From: Leptolyngbyaceae cyanobacterium
Lineage (GTDB): Bacteria > Cyanobacteriota > Cyanobacteriia > Phormidesmidales > Phormidesmidaceae
Length of the DNA: 64,000 nt
Direction: 5' to 3'
NCBI GenBank assembly: GCA_965263355.1
Contig: CBDHHL010000048.1
Span: 64,001 to 128,000, forward strand
The translations under genes were made by a program, and so were the position numbers. The notes under the pieces were generated by a model, which had not been told where the DNA came from, searched no databases, and saw only the letters and a list, made by a program, of their open reading frames with translations. Of this stretch, positions 1 through 10,896 are shown piece after piece (the stretch's first letter is position 1; each line of letters starts with the position of its first letter).

Positions 1-257
1 AGATCAGACTTACCGAGATCATTAGCAGCCTGCGCAAAAGCGATCGCAATTTCGTCATCCATACCAGCAATGTCTACCATCGCCAAGGGATCACCGCTAC
101 ACGTTGCTAGGATGCGATCGCGTAACTCAAATGAGTAATCAACCGTACGAGTCGCTAGCACATCAATTTGAATGTCATAGCCCTGACCTGTCACCTCCAC
201 CAAAGCCGCATCAATCCCATCAACAGAGGTGCCACTCATCAGACCAGTGACTTTCAT
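1..257 (-). CDS. anmK: Anhydro-N-acetylmuramic acid kinase, 5' part (runs off window start)
   Basis: Manual translation from ATG at 257: MKVTGLMSGTSVDGIDAALVEV..., the GLMSGTSxDG signature of AnmK; not in ORF track. Confidence 0.9.
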   Translation of the reverse strand, partial: MKVTGLMSGTSVDGIDAALVEVTGQGYDIQIDVLATRTVDYSFELRDRILATCSGDPLAMVDIAGMDDEIAIAFAQAANDLGKSD

Positions 258-317
258 ACTTTTCACCTAACTATAAGCTACCCAAAGCCATACAAATGAG
301 TGAGGGCAACGTCCCCC

Positions 318-1022
318 TCACATTGGCAATTTATCAATGCCATTATTTGAGCCCACCACTACCATTAGAGTGCCAGCCCTAAGCCTAGTAACTGGACTAG
401 GATTAATATCAAACTTATCCATGGCATTTTCTTTACTGATAGCCATCAAAGTCAGTCCGTAGTGGTTACGTAAATCTAATTCCACAATAGTCTTACCATC
501 AAATTCTTGGGGCACAACCACCTCTACTATGCTGTGATCAGGGTCAAGCTCAAACCGATCAAGTACACCTGGACGAGTTAAAGAACGAGCCAATTCACAA
601 CCCATTTCAAATTCTGGAAACACGACATGGTCAGCTCCCACTCGTTGGAGGAGTTTGCCATGAATTTCCGTAGAGGCTTTAGCTACCACATTAGCAACAC
701 CAGCTTCTTTCACATTAAGCGTTGTGATAATACTCTCTTGAATGTAATTACCGATGGCAACGATCACCGTATCAAAATCAGGAATACCTGCCTCCTGTAG
801 GGCTGAAGGCTGAGTAGAATCCAGTTGCACAGCATGAGCTGCTATCTGATCCGTCAATACTTGAGCGACCCGATTTTCATCAGAATCAATCCCTAAAACC
901 TCATAGCCCATGCCATGAAGCGTCAAACAAACAGCCCTGCCAAAACGCCCCAAACCAATAACGGCAAATTGACGATTGTTAGCACGGAGATTCCTAAAGA
1001 ATTTTAGCGACGATAAGTTCAC
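318..1022 (-). CDS. ktrA: TrkA/KtrA family potassium-uptake regulatory (RCK) subunit
   Basis: VIGLGRFG Rossmann motif, GADHVVFPE, TrkA-C domain; GTG start. Confidence 0.88.
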   Translation of the reverse strand: MNLSSLKFFRNLRANNRQFAVIGLGRFGRAVCLTLHGMGYEVLGIDSDENRVAQVLTDQIAAHAVQLDSTQPSALQEAGIPDFDTVIVAIGNYIQESIITTLNVKEAGVANVVAKASTEIHGKLLQRVGADHVVFPEFEMGCELARSLTRPGVLDRFELDPDHSIVEVVVPQEFDGKTIVELDLRNHYGLTLMAISKENAMDKFDINPSPVTRLRAGTLMVVVGSNNGIDKLPM

Positions 1023-1417
1023 GTTGATTACTAATTGTCTATGAGAAGGAGTCTAAATGATAGTCAGGCTATCCCTCTAAGCTTGCCAAAGCAGATAGAG
1101 TACATATATTTTGCCCTAAGTACAATTGCCACGGGGCACAGGCTTGAACATACCTTCAATTAATCCATCTTGAATTACTCCATTGATATCAGGCGATTGG
1201 ATCCCCTGAAGGCCCATAGAGTCTTTTGTTTTATTTTATGGAGAGTATATGTCTAAAAATGAGCCCTACCTTGCCATACTCAAGCATTAACCGACGACTG
1301 ACCCGCTCAGTATAAAAACGCCTACAGCAAAATTCCTCAGCTCCCCGTCAACAAACAATTGAGTATAGATTTCTTTCTTTGCTAGGCTAGCCTAATGATC
1401 TTGGGAAGGAGATATCA

Positions 1418-2581
1418 GTGAACATTCAACTTGGTCGTGGCAAAACAGCAAGGCGTGCCTATGGCATTGACGAAATTGCATTGGTACCCGGCCCGAAAAC
1501 CCTAGATCCTCAATTAGCTGACACCCATTGGACCCTCGGCAACATAGAACGGGAAATCCCCATTATTGCCAGCGCAATGGACAGTGTCCTTGACGTTCGT
1601 ATGGCGGTTGAACTTTCAAAATTAGGCGCTCTTGGCGTCTTAAACCTAGAAGGTATTCAAACGCGCTATGACGATCCAAGCCCAGTTTTAGACCGGATTG
1701 CATCGGTTGGCAAAGCAGAATTTGTACCGCTAATGCAGGAAATCTATGCTGAGCCTGTTCAACTAGATCTCATTAAGCAACGGATTGCAGATATTAAGAC
1801 CCAAGGAGGGATTGCTGCCGTTAGTCTCACCCCCATGGGGGCAGCCAAGTATGGCCAAACAGTAGCTGAAGCCCAAGCTGAGCTAGTTTTTATTCAAGCA
1901 ACGGTGGTCTCTACTAACCATCTCTCTCCAGAGTCTGTCGTTCCTCTGGATTTAGCAAAATTCTGCAATGCAATGCCCATGCCAGTCATTTTGGGCAACT
2001 GTGTCACCTATGACGTCACCCTGGACTTAATGAGAGCAGGGGCGTCCGGGGTATTAGTAGGAATTGGCCCTGGAGCTGCTTGCACATCACGGGGAGTATT
2101 AGGCGTAGGCGTTCCCCAAGCCACAGCAATTTCTGACTGTGCCGCTGCTCGAGATGACTATCAACGCGAAACAGGTCGCTATGTCCCAGTGATTGCAGAT
2201 GGTGGTTTGGTAACCGGTGGAGATATTTGCAAATCCATCGCCTCAGGTGCTGATGCAGTCATGATTGGGTCTCCCTTTGCCAGGGCATCTGAAGCGCCTG
2301 GAAGAGGTTTTCATTGGGGCATGGCAACTCCCAGCCCTGTGCTACCCCGAGGTACTCGTATTCAAGTAGGTACCACAGGGAGTCTCCAGCAGATTTTACG
2401 GGGACCAGCTCAGCTAGATGATGGCACCCACAATCTACTAGGAGCCTTAAAAACCAGTATGGGAACTCTCGGTGCAAAAGACTTAAAGGGAATGCAAGAC
2501 GTAGAGGTGGTTATTGCCCCTTCATTACTCACAGAAGGTAAGGTCTATCAAAAAGCTCAGCAATTAGGCATGGGCAAATAA
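1418..2581 (+). CDS. guaB: IMP dehydrogenase, short cyanobacterial GuaB3-type lacking CBS domains
   Basis: [11 protein letters not shown] catalytic Cys loop, ADGG motif; AGGAG upstream of GTG start; guaB-yfr1-trxA synteny. Confidence 0.88.
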   Translation: MNIQLGRGKTARRAYGIDEIALVPGPKTLDPQLADTHWTLGNIEREIPIIASAMDSVLDVRMAVELSKLGALGVLNLEGIQTRYDDPSPVLDRIASVGKAEFVPLMQEIYAEPVQLDLIKQRIADIKTQGGIAAVSLTPMGAAKYGQTVAEAQAELVFIQATVVSTNHLSPESVVPLDLAKFCNAMPMPVILGNCVTYDVTLDLMRAGASGVLVGIGPGAACTSRGVLGVGVPQATAISDCAAARDDYQRETGRYVPVIADGGLVTGGDICKSIASGADAVMIGSPFARASEAPGRGFHWGMATPSPVLPRGTRIQVGTTGSLQQILRGPAQLDDGTHNLLGALKTSMGTLGAKDLKGMQDVEVVIAPSLLTEGKVYQKAQQLGMGK

Positions 2582-2777
2582 ACCAGAGTCAGCAGACTAG
2601 CATTCTCAACTGCACAACTTATTTGCTATCAGTCATTTAAGTTATCTGATTTTGTATCACCGCCTAACCGTGATCCTTATCACGACTTCTTATTTTTTAT
2701 TGCGGGCGCAATAAAACAAAACTTAAAATCCTTGTCACACCTTAGTTGTAAGGGATGGCAAAAGCTGAGACTTGACT

Positions 2778-2783
2778 TACAAT
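2778..2783 (+). promoter_or_regulatory. Putative -10 element (TACAAT) of the Yfr1 promoter
   Basis: TACAAT about 7 nt upstream of the predicted sRNA 5' end. Confidence 0.55.
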
Positions 2784-2790
2784 GAGACAG

Positions 2791-2863
2791 AAAGCGGAGA
2801 CGGAAGTTTCCGTTCACTCCTCACACCACACTCCGCCTAAACCTATTTGGTTTAGGCGGTTCC
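2791..2863 (+). ncRNA. yfr1: Yfr1 small RNA (ends approximate)
   Basis: Conserved undecamer ACTCCTCACAC at 2816-2826 between a 5' hairpin (ACGGAAgtTTCCGT) and an 11-bp terminator stem (2833-2843/2849-2859); located between guaB and trxA. Confidence 0.92.
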
Positions 2864-3094
2864 TATATAGGGGACATTTAAATATTCCTTTATAAGGGAT
2901 TTTAAACATTCCTTATATTTGAAGTTAGTTATGTAGCTACGATTCGAGTGGATCTTCAACCATAAGGTGTTTGCAGTCTATTGAATTGACCATAAAGGAG
3001 TATTCTTAAGGTTGATTTTGCCAATGCTGATATAAGTCACAGACCAAAATCAGCTATGGTAAGAATCTGATATTTGTCGACAAGGAATATAGGG

Positions 3095-3415
3095 ATGTCA
3101 GCCGCACAAGTCACAGATTCGACCTTCGAACAAGAAGTTCTCAAAAGCGAGCTACCGGTGCTTGTAGACTTCTGGGCCCCTTGGTGTGGTCCTTGCCGGA
3201 TGGTTGCCCCCGTGGTGGATGAGATTTCTGAACAGTACGATGGCAAGGTAAAGGTTGTTAAAGTCAATACGGATGACAATCCCAAAGTTGCTAGTCAGTA
3301 TGGAATCCGTAGTATTCCAACATTGATGATTTTCAAAGATGGCCAACGGGTGGATATGGTAGTTGGTGCTGTACCAAAAACGACCTTAGCCAACACACTT
3401 GAGAAGTATCTGTAG
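3095..3415 (+). CDS. trxA: Thioredoxin (m-type TrxA)
   Basis: WCGPC active site; ATG at 3095 preferred, with AAGGA upstream. Confidence 0.95.
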   Translation: MSAAQVTDSTFEQEVLKSELPVLVDFWAPWCGPCRMVAPVVDEISEQYDGKVKVVKVNTDDNPKVASQYGIRSIPTLMIFKDGQRVDMVVGAVPKTTLANTLEKYL

Positions 3416-3448
3416 ATATTGAACGCCCCATAGGTTCAGTCTAATTGC

Positions 3449-3552
3449 TGATTTTGCCTTGCTAAGGTCAAGGCAAAATCAATAGTTTAGATAGTGTCAA
3501 TGCGCAAGTTTTGAACGGTTCCAGCGAATACTTGCTGGGGCCGTTAGTTTTT
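3449..3552 (+). terminator. Two hairpins after trxA; the second has a T-tail
   Basis: 13-bp stem TGATTTTGCCTTG/CAAGGCAAAATCA at 3449-3481, then AACGGTTCCAGC...GCTGGGGCCGTT followed by AGTTTTTG. Confidence 0.55.
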
Positions 3553-3660
3553 GTTAAAGCGATAAAAAACAAGCATCCTATTGGATGAAAGCATTGCTAT
3601 ACAATTGGATAGCTAGGCTCTCTGAGCCAACGGTTAAGAATCTTCACTAACGCGTGTTTT

Positions 3661-4725
3661 ATGGTCACCTCTACAACAAAATTACCAACTCACTTACAAG
3701 AGAAGATTTCTGAAATTGTTACGCAGTTGCCCTCTATGGAACATGGGGCAGTTATTCAACAGATTTTAGAAACCCTGGTAAGAATGATTGGGCGAGAGGC
3801 TGATCGCTTAGATTGGAAAATTTTAAACAATACATTGCAGGATATGGAACTGGGTTTCCAGGGCTTTTATCCTCACCGCCATACCCGTAAGATTGCTATC
3901 TTTGGTTCAGCTCGTACCCCAGCCGATCATCCAGATTACCAACTGGCAAAAACATTTGCCCAACGGGCTGCTAAACAGGGTTTTATGATTATGACAGGTG
4001 CCGGTCCAGGTATTATGGAAGCTGGTAACGAAGGCGCTGGTGTTGACCACTCCTTCGGTTTAAATATTCAGCTACCCTTTGAGCAGGGATCAAATCCAAT
4101 TATGGAAAACGATCCTAAATTGCTTACATTCAAGTACTTTTTTACACGCAAACTATTTTTTTTAAGAGAATGTGATGCTCTAGCGGTGTTTCCAGGAGGT
4201 TTTGGTACTCAGGATGAGGCATTTGAATCGTTAACGCTAGTGCAAACAGGTAAGGCTGAACCGATGCCCATTGTGCTAATTGATCATCCTGGTGGCAACT
4301 ATTGGCAGGGATGGGATGCTTACATTCGAGAGCATCTTATGGCAAATCGCTTGATTAGCCCTGATGACCCTAGCCTTTATGTCATCACCGATAATATAGA
4401 CGATGCCTGGAACGAAATTACTAATTACTATCGGGTATTTCATTCCAGTCGATATGTGGATGAGCGATTAGTTTTACGACTTAATTCATGCTTGAGCTAT
4501 GGAGCTTTAGAGGAATTGAATCTAACCTTTAGCGATATTGTAGCCGCTGGAAAAATTGAGATGACAGATGCTCTGCCAGAAGAACAGGGTGATGAAACTG
4601 CCAATCTTCCTCGCATAGTGTTTCAGTTTAACCACCGTGATTTTGGCCGTCTACAACAACTCATTCGTAAACTAAATACCCTGGGCGAACCCTGCGAGGC
4701 AACTGAGCACCCAGAGCATAAGTAA
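3661..4725 (+). CDS. LOG family protein (nucleotide monophosphate nucleosidase, long form)
   Basis: IFGSAR, TGAGPGIMEAGN, FFTRK and PGGFGTQDE motifs. Confidence 0.85.
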   Translation: MVTSTTKLPTHLQEKISEIVTQLPSMEHGAVIQQILETLVRMIGREADRLDWKILNNTLQDMELGFQGFYPHRHTRKIAIFGSARTPADHPDYQLAKTFAQRAAKQGFMIMTGAGPGIMEAGNEGAGVDHSFGLNIQLPFEQGSNPIMENDPKLLTFKYFFTRKLFFLRECDALAVFPGGFGTQDEAFESLTLVQTGKAEPMPIVLIDHPGGNYWQGWDAYIREHLMANRLISPDDPSLYVITDNIDDAWNEITNYYRVFHSSRYVDERLVLRLNSCLSYGALEELNLTFSDIVAAGKIEMTDALPEEQGDETANLPRIVFQFNHRDFGRLQQLIRKLNTLGEPCEATEHPEHK

Positions 4726-4767
4726 CGGAACAGTTTCTGACATAGGGTTAAAGCATTTTTCAGACGC

Positions 4768-6405
4768 TTAAAATTCACGTTGGATGTGGGTAAGAATGCC
4801 GCGTGCGATCGCATTTGCCATCTGACTACGCCACTCCGGATCCCGCAAGTTATGAATATCGTCTGCCCCCGTGACAAACCCAACCTCAACCAAGATAGCA
4901 GGCATAGACGTGCGTCTTAGTACATAAAATCGAGCCTGCCGCACACGCCGATCGGGCATCCTCATCATCCGGAGAACAATATCATGCACCGTGCGGGCAA
5001 ATCGAGCCCCAGCACTGGAATAATAATAGGTTTCTAAGCCATTGACATCAGGCCGACTCAGGTTGATCGCATTGGCATGAATACTAACAAAGAGATCAGC
5101 ATCAGCTCGCTCAGCAATCTGCACACGCGGATCAAGATCTAGCTCAATATCGCTATTACGCGTCATAACTACATCCACTCCCTGTTCCCGCAGAATAGCT
5201 GCAACCTCTTGAGCAATGGGAAAAATCACCTGCTTTTCTTGGAGCCCACCAATCCCTACAGCACCGGGATCACGCCCCCCATGACCAGGGTCAATCGCCA
5301 CCACTATACGTCCCTGACGCACTTGAGGCAGCTCAATGGGAAATGACTCCTCAGATGGACGGACAATCGTCGGTCTCTCAGGTAAGGTTCTATCACCTGA
5401 AGGACGGCTACCAATAGTTTCAGAGGGGACTGGAATACTATTACTAGACCCACTATCGGGAATATCACGAATCGCCATCCCATCGGGAAGTACGGAAATT
5501 CCCCGCAGACTCTGACCAATTTCAGTCACAATCGTTCGCCAGTCGGGACTATCGTCTCCCAAGGTCATGGTGATAAACACCGTTGAATCACGTTGAGATA
5601 TATCCCAGTTTTCAACGCTGTAGCGATTGTCTGGTAAAGAAGTGGACGTTAATCTGGGTGAAATGGAACTTTCTGGCAGTTCTAAAGTAATTGTTCGTTC
5701 TGGATTACGACGACGAGGACGAGAGCGACTGGTACGAACCTTTGGCGTAGATCCGGATACTCGAATAAAAAAGCCATCAGAGGTTGCCACAATACTCTGA
5801 ACCCGAGTACTCTGCTCCTGACTCTCTTCACCAGGATCAATATCAGTTGTTACCTGATTAGCGACTTGATTCAAAGGTTGAACGACCCGCTGTTCAACCT
5901 CTGTTGATTGACTCGACTGCTCTCCATCTGACGTCACTAGCTCAGGCAACTGCACAAACCACCGACGACTTGTTTCACCTCGTACCTGGACTTGCTGTGG
6001 ATCTAACGTATAGCCAGGCGTCAATTCAATCACAATACGAGCTGTTTGGTCATCAAGCTGACCAACACGAACTTCCTGCAAACCTTCCCTAAGTCGCTGT
6101 CGAGAAGTCGCATTAGTCACCTGGGTACCAGGCAAGTCGATCACTAAACGGGTGGGATTGAAAATCAACTGAGCAGTCGGACGGACCTGAGTATCGGTAG
6201 TAAACGTCAGGCGATTTTGCTGTTGATCAAAGCGCCAGAACTGAAGATTAGCGGCCTCAGCTGGCAAGGCAATCAAAAAAGCCCCTAAAACGCCAACCAC
6301 ACCGGGTATAAAACCGGACATTTCGCGCATGACTACTTGACTAGCAAGTAAAGGATTCCAGTGCACAGCTTCAGTTCCTTTTAACAGTGATGATCCTAAG
6401 TCCAT
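4768..6405 (-). CDS. amiC: N-acetylmuramoyl-L-alanine amidase (AMIN + Amidase_3); true start may be 6330 or 6321
   Basis: Signal peptide ending AEA, AMIN domain (PTRLVIDLPG), IDPGHGG, SIHAN and LVEVGF catalytic motifs. Confidence 0.85.
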   Translation of the reverse strand: MDLGSSLLKGTEAVHWNPLLASQVVMREMSGFIPGVVGVLGAFLIALPAEAANLQFWRFDQQQNRLTFTTDTQVRPTAQLIFNPTRLVIDLPGTQVTNATSRQRLREGLQEVRVGQLDDQTARIVIELTPGYTLDPQQVQVRGETSRRWFVQLPELVTSDGEQSSQSTEVEQRVVQPLNQVANQVTTDIDPGEESQEQSTRVQSIVATSDGFFIRVSGSTPKVRTSRSRPRRRNPERTITLELPESSISPRLTSTSLPDNRYSVENWDISQRDSTVFITMTLGDDSPDWRTIVTEIGQSLRGISVLPDGMAIRDIPDSGSSNSIPVPSETIGSRPSGDRTLPERPTIVRPSEESFPIELPQVRQGRIVVAIDPGHGGRDPGAVGIGGLQEKQVIFPIAQEVAAILREQGVDVVMTRNSDIELDLDPRVQIAERADADLFVSIHANAINLSRPDVNGLETYYYSSAGARFARTVHDIVLRMMRMPDRRVRQARFYVLRRTSMPAILVEVGFVTGADDIHNLRDPEWRSQMANAIARGILTHIQREF

Positions 6406-6796
6406 TGATTACATCTATCAGGCTAATTAGGGCAATGAATATTCCTAAAAGCCTTCAATTACGATAACTAACCTAACTCTCAATCGACGTTGGCGCAGTC
6501 CCTCCTTTGGAGATATGCATCCATTGATTGCTATGTTGGCTAGGTGAATCCAGGATCAATGCCGCAAAACAAGATTAACCGCATTTGTGCAATGTTTGAG
6601 ATCTTGAACGTCAAAATTGTACGGTTTAGAGCCTGTCCCTATCTTTGATTCACCTAACTTTTACAGTTTCAGAACAGATCACCAAGCCCTACTCATTGCA
6701 AACAACAAAGCTGAGTTCGCCGTTAGAATACCCGCATCAAAATGAATTCATACAAGAGCGAAATTTCAATACAGATGGCTTCATACTAGGACAGCC

Positions 6797-8125
6797 TCAG
6801 TGACATCGTGATTCCATCGCATCTAAGCTTTTGGGGACAGCTGCTGTAAGAACCTCATGGTCGATCTGGGTGACCAACACATCATCTTCGATCCGGATAC
6901 CAATTCCGCGCCAGCGTTGCTCTACTTCGGGCTGTCCTTCCTCTGGCTCATAGTTTGGAGCGATATAAATACCAGGCTCGACCGTCACCACATTTCCGGT
7001 TGTAAACGGTTGCCAGGTTTTATCAGGGTTGCGTAAGGTACCACTGTCATGGACATCCAAGCCCAAAAAGTGACCGGTACCATGCATAAAGAAAGCCTTG
7101 TGCTTTTTTTCTTCGATTAACGTGTCCACATTGCCCTTGAGTAATCCCAACTCGACTAGCCCCTCGGTAATAACGCGAGTAGCGGCATCATGAAAGTCAT
7201 TAAATGGCCGTCCAGGTTGAACGACATCAATAGCCCGTAACTGAGCTTCTAAGACTAATTCATAAATAATTCGCTGTTCGGAGGTAAAGCGTTCGCCCAC
7301 GGGGAATGTGCGAGTAATGTCGGCATTGTAATAGTCATAGGCACAACCTGCGTCGATTAAGAGAAGATCGTCTGCTTGCATCTGGCGATCATTTTCGATG
7401 TAATGCAAAATGCATGCGTTAGCACCAGAAGCAACAATCGAAGGATAAGCGGGACCTAGGGCTCCCTCCAGACGAAAAATATGTTCCATTTCTGCCTGGA
7501 TTTCATACTCATAACGACCAGGCTGGGTGATGACCATAGCATGGTTATGGGCCTTGGCAGATATGGCAATGGCTTTACGCATTTGCTGCAATTCGCTAGC
7601 ACTTTTGATCCGGCGAAACTGCTGCATCAATAACCGCCCATCTTCAATGGCGACTGGACCTCGACCACGCTTTGGGTATTTAGCTAAAATGCGTCGCCAC
7701 AGGGTTAATATGCATTGATCTAACGAACTATTGTCACCAAAGTGATAGTAAAGTCGCTCGGCATTTTCAACATATTGAGGTAGTTTCTCAGTGAGTTTTT
7801 CGATGGGGTAAGCTTCCTGGGCACCGTACTTCTCTTTGGCTAACTCCACCCCCGTACGATAACCAGACCAGGTTTCTTTTTCCTTATCTTTGGGACGCAC
7901 AAAGAGCACAAACTGATGGTCTTCGTGGTGAGGCGCTAGGACTGCGATCGCATCCGGCTCATTAAACCCCGTCAAATAGAAAAAATCACTATTTTGGCGA
8001 AATGGGTACTCCACGTCGTTATGCATGACCGCCGTAGGAGCACTGCCAAAAATAGCAGTACCTTGACCAATAGCAGCCATCACCACCTGCCGACGCTGTT
8101 TATATTCCTGAGGATGTATTGCCAT
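6797..8125 (-). CDS. pepP: Xaa-Pro aminopeptidase (aminopeptidase P)
   Basis: IDAG, DITRT, HGTGHFLGLDVHD, EPG and RIEDD metal ligands; start moved to ATG 8125 to avoid overlapping the upstream gene. Confidence 0.9.
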   Translation of the reverse strand: MAIHPQEYKQRRQVVMAAIGQGTAIFGSAPTAVMHNDVEYPFRQNSDFFYLTGFNEPDAIAVLAPHHEDHQFVLFVRPKDKEKETWSGYRTGVELAKEKYGAQEAYPIEKLTEKLPQYVENAERLYYHFGDNSSLDQCILTLWRRILAKYPKRGRGPVAIEDGRLLMQQFRRIKSASELQQMRKAIAISAKAHNHAMVITQPGRYEYEIQAEMEHIFRLEGALGPAYPSIVASGANACILHYIENDRQMQADDLLLIDAGCAYDYYNADITRTFPVGERFTSEQRIIYELVLEAQLRAIDVVQPGRPFNDFHDAATRVITEGLVELGLLKGNVDTLIEEKKHKAFFMHGTGHFLGLDVHDSGTLRNPDKTWQPFTTGNVVTVEPGIYIAPNYEPEEGQPEVEQRWRGIGIRIEDDVLVTQIDHEVLTAAVPKSLDAMESRCH

Positions 8126-8141
8126 GTAACCTGTTGCACCG

Positions 8142-8900
8142 TTAGGAGAGAACCTTAATCCGCATCCCACTTGATGGCAGACTACTACTTTGGAGCGATA
8201 GCGTACTGCCCACTCGATCAACCGGAGTTTCAGCCATCAGATTGAGAAATTCATCAACAGACTCTAACTCACAACTACTGCTAGCAGCACTCGTCCGATA
8301 TTGAGTTGGGATCACCACTTTTGGCTGCAAACTCTGAACAGCTGCCACGGCTTCAGTAGGATTGTAAGCCTTGGCCCCACCCCCAACGGGAACTAACAAG
8401 ACATCGGGACGGCCAATCAAAATCTTATCCTCTAAATCAATGGGAGCAGCTGCCCCACCGAGATGTACTACTTTAACTCCAGCCTGAGACCATAACCAAG
8501 CCGTATTAGTGCCAAACCGTCTACCTCCCTCGCGATCATGGGGCATACCTACACCCTGAACACTCAGGCCATTGATTTCATAGGCTCCTGGTTCATCTAG
8601 ATAGTTAACCGTCGCATCGTCAGGAATAAATCCTTCATCAAAGAGTCGACTACTGACTAAAACTAAATCTGAACCACTCAAGGCCGGAGCTGCATATCCT
8701 TCAGTACAACCGATGGGAGTAAACGGATTAGTCAAAATCGTCTTCCCCCCCCCAGAAAACTGGAAGCACATATGTCCCAATGCTGTGATACTTAAAGTCC
8801 CTGTTTGAGCTTGATATGTTTGCCAGTTAGAAGCAATCCCCAAGCCAAGGGTACCGATGAATGCTGCACCGGCATTCTGGAGCAATTGCCGCCGTTTCAT
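8142..8900 (-). CDS. Tat-exported metallo-beta-lactamase-fold protein
   Basis: MKRRQLL twin-arginine signal; LGHMCF, HLGG, DVLLVPVGG and PKVVIP segments of the MBL fold; metal motif degenerate. Confidence 0.75.
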   Translation of the reverse strand: MKRRQLLQNAGAAFIGTLGLGIASNWQTYQAQTGTLSITALGHMCFQFSGGGKTILTNPFTPIGCTEGYAAPALSGSDLVLVSSRLFDEGFIPDDATVNYLDEPGAYEINGLSVQGVGMPHDREGGRRFGTNTAWLWSQAGVKVVHLGGAAAPIDLEDKILIGRPDVLLVPVGGGAKAYNPTEAVAAVQSLQPKVVIPTQYRTSAASSSCELESVDEFLNLMAETPVDRVGSTLSLQSSSLPSSGMRIKVLS

Positions 8901-9042
8901 AGTGTCCTCACATCCCATTCAATCAAGTGTCCATGACTTGTTATAGTGCCATAGCCTTGGAAGACTCGCTAAGTAAGACAGACAGTTTTCTAAGGTCTGT
9001 CTTAGTCCAAATTTTTATTTCTCCCCAAGCTGTGGTAAATAC

Positions 9043-9636
9043 CTACCTGGAAATAGAACTTAAAAAATTATGCAATAGTTGCTTACCCGCCTCGGTCAAT
9101 ACACTTTCAGGATGAAACTGTACCCCTTGAATATGGGGGTATTGACGATGGCGTAAGCCCATAATTGTACCGTCATCCACCCAAGCAGTAATTTCTAAGC
9201 AATCAGGACAGCTGGCTCGGTCTACCACCAGACTATGGTAACGAGTTGCCGTCAGCGGACTATCAAGGCCGACAAAAACCCCCTGGTTTGTATGGCTAAC
9301 TGGGGATGTTTTACCATGCATCAGCTCACTAGCGGCTATAACAGTACCACCGAAAACCTGGCCGATGCTTTGATGTCCCAGACATACACCCAGGATTGGA
9401 ATAGTTGGCCCTAGCTCTCGGATGATGTCTAGGGAAATACCGGCATCGTTTGGGGTGCCAGGCCCCGGAGAGATCAAGATGCCATCGGGGGCAAGGGAAC
9501 AAACTTGTTCTAGAGTAATCTGATCGTTGCGAAAGACCTGAATATCAGCTGCGACAGGCAGTGTTTGCCCCAGCTCTCCCAAATATTGCACCAGGTTGTA
9601 AGTAAAACTATCGTAATTATCAATGACTAAAATCAT
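9043..9636 (-). CDS. trpG: Anthranilate/aminodeoxychorismate synthase glutamine amidotransferase component II
   Basis: [29 protein letters not shown]; trpG versus pabA role not separable from sequence. Confidence 0.88.
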   Translation of the reverse strand: MILVIDNYDSFTYNLVQYLGELGQTLPVAADIQVFRNDQITLEQVCSLAPDGILISPGPGTPNDAGISLDIIRELGPTIPILGVCLGHQSIGQVFGGTVIAASELMHGKTSPVSHTNQGVFVGLDSPLTATRYHSLVVDRASCPDCLEITAWVDDGTIMGLRHRQYPHIQGVQFHPESVLTEAGKQLLHNFLSSISR

Positions 9637-9664
9637 TGCTTAACTAAAGCTCAGTTAGCCCAGC

Positions 9665-10108
9665 TTAAGCGATCCCGTTGTTTAACAGCACAATTACTGG
9701 CGGCAAATACACAAATCCTGCCACCAGTAGCGCTGCGATCGCAGAGATCAGCACAGCCCCAGCAGCGCAATCTTTGGCAATCTTTGCTAATTCATGATAT
9801 GTCTGGCCAACCGTAAGATCGACCACAGATTCTAGGGCCGTATTCATAAGCTCCATCACCAACACAGCACTGACGGTGATAGCAACGACAGCAGCTTCAA
9901 TCGCTTTAATCTGAAGCACCACCCCCAAAGAGAACGCCACCAGAGCAATCGCTAAATGAATACGAAAGTTACGTTGGGTTCTGATGGCATAAATAATGCC
10001 TGCCCATGCATAGCGAAAACTGCTAAACAAATTAGGAGCAACCTGCCAAGCAGTTTTGCTTTCCTTTTTGCTCTTGGGAATGGTTTGAAGGTTAGAAGAA
10101 ATAGACAT
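9665..10108 (-). CDS. dgkA: Prokaryotic diacylglycerol/undecaprenol kinase
   Basis: QRNFRIH, ELMNTALESVVD, AKIAKDCAAGAV; three hydrophobic segments. Confidence 0.88.
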   Translation of the reverse strand: MSISSNLQTIPKSKKESKTAWQVAPNLFSSFRYAWAGIIYAIRTQRNFRIHLAIALVAFSLGVVLQIKAIEAAVVAITVSAVLVMELMNTALESVVDLTVGQTYHELAKIAKDCAAGAVLISAIAALLVAGFVYLPPVIVLLNNGIA

Positions 10109-10375
10109 GCACTAACTTAGAGATGATGTATAGCAAAGTAGCTCGCACAAACGTACAAAACTAGTTAATTCAGCTGGCAGCACCCCAAACAGCATGCTGA
10201 GATCGCCCCAGAGTCCATTAAGAAACTCCATAATTACTTCAGGCCTAGTTAATCGAAGCCTGAAACCACTCAATAGGTTCCCAAAATCATTATTATTCTG
10301 TAAACCATATTAACCTTCGTCAAAGTTTGTAATCGTATATTACCTACCTAGATTTAGGATTTAACATCCAGCTTG

Positions 10376-10891
10376 CTAAACAATTAATTCGATCTGTTTC
10401 AACAGACAACGCTGCTTTTCTAGCATGATTTTCAGGCTTTCATCATTAGGATGCTCCCATCCTAAGAGATGTAAGAGGCCATGGGCTGCTAGCCATGCCA
10501 ATTCTTGAAGCAGAGAATAATTATCATCGTGGCGCTGTCGCTGAGCAGTTTCTACAGAAATAATCACATCTCCCAAAGGCAGAGGGGACATTCGATAGAT
10601 AACCTGAGCACCAGGTATTTCGGTTTCTTGTGCAGCAAACGCCAGAACATCGGTGACTTTATCCTGATGACGATAAGTCGCGTTTAACTGCTGGATAGTA
10701 GCATCATCAGTGAGCACAAGACTGACTTCATAGCAACCAATGGGCGATACTGTTGGATTGATTACCCTGAGCCAGATATCAAACCAAGACTGCCAAGTAG
10801 ATATCGTGGGCAGTTCAGATTGCTGAACAATCCCTTGAGCTGCCGTAGCATCTAACCAGAGTTCTAACTTAGGACTTGATAGGTAAGTCAA
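10376..10891 (-). CDS. ybeY: rRNA maturation endoribonuclease YbeY
   Basis: TDVLAF, LGDVIIS and HGLLHLLGWEH zinc motif; TTG start. Confidence 0.9.
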   Translation of the reverse strand: MTYLSSPKLELWLDATAAQGIVQQSELPTISTWQSWFDIWLRVINPTVSPIGCYEVSLVLTDDATIQQLNATYRHQDKVTDVLAFAAQETEIPGAQVIYRMSPLPLGDVIISVETAQRQRHDDNYSLLQELAWLAAHGLLHLLGWEHPNDESLKIMLEKQRCLLKQIELIV

Positions 10892-10896
10892 TCAGG

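Noticed and set aside
8126..8221. N-terminal extension of pepP in the track
   Set aside because: Overlaps the upstream same-strand gene; ATG 8125 gives a typical start
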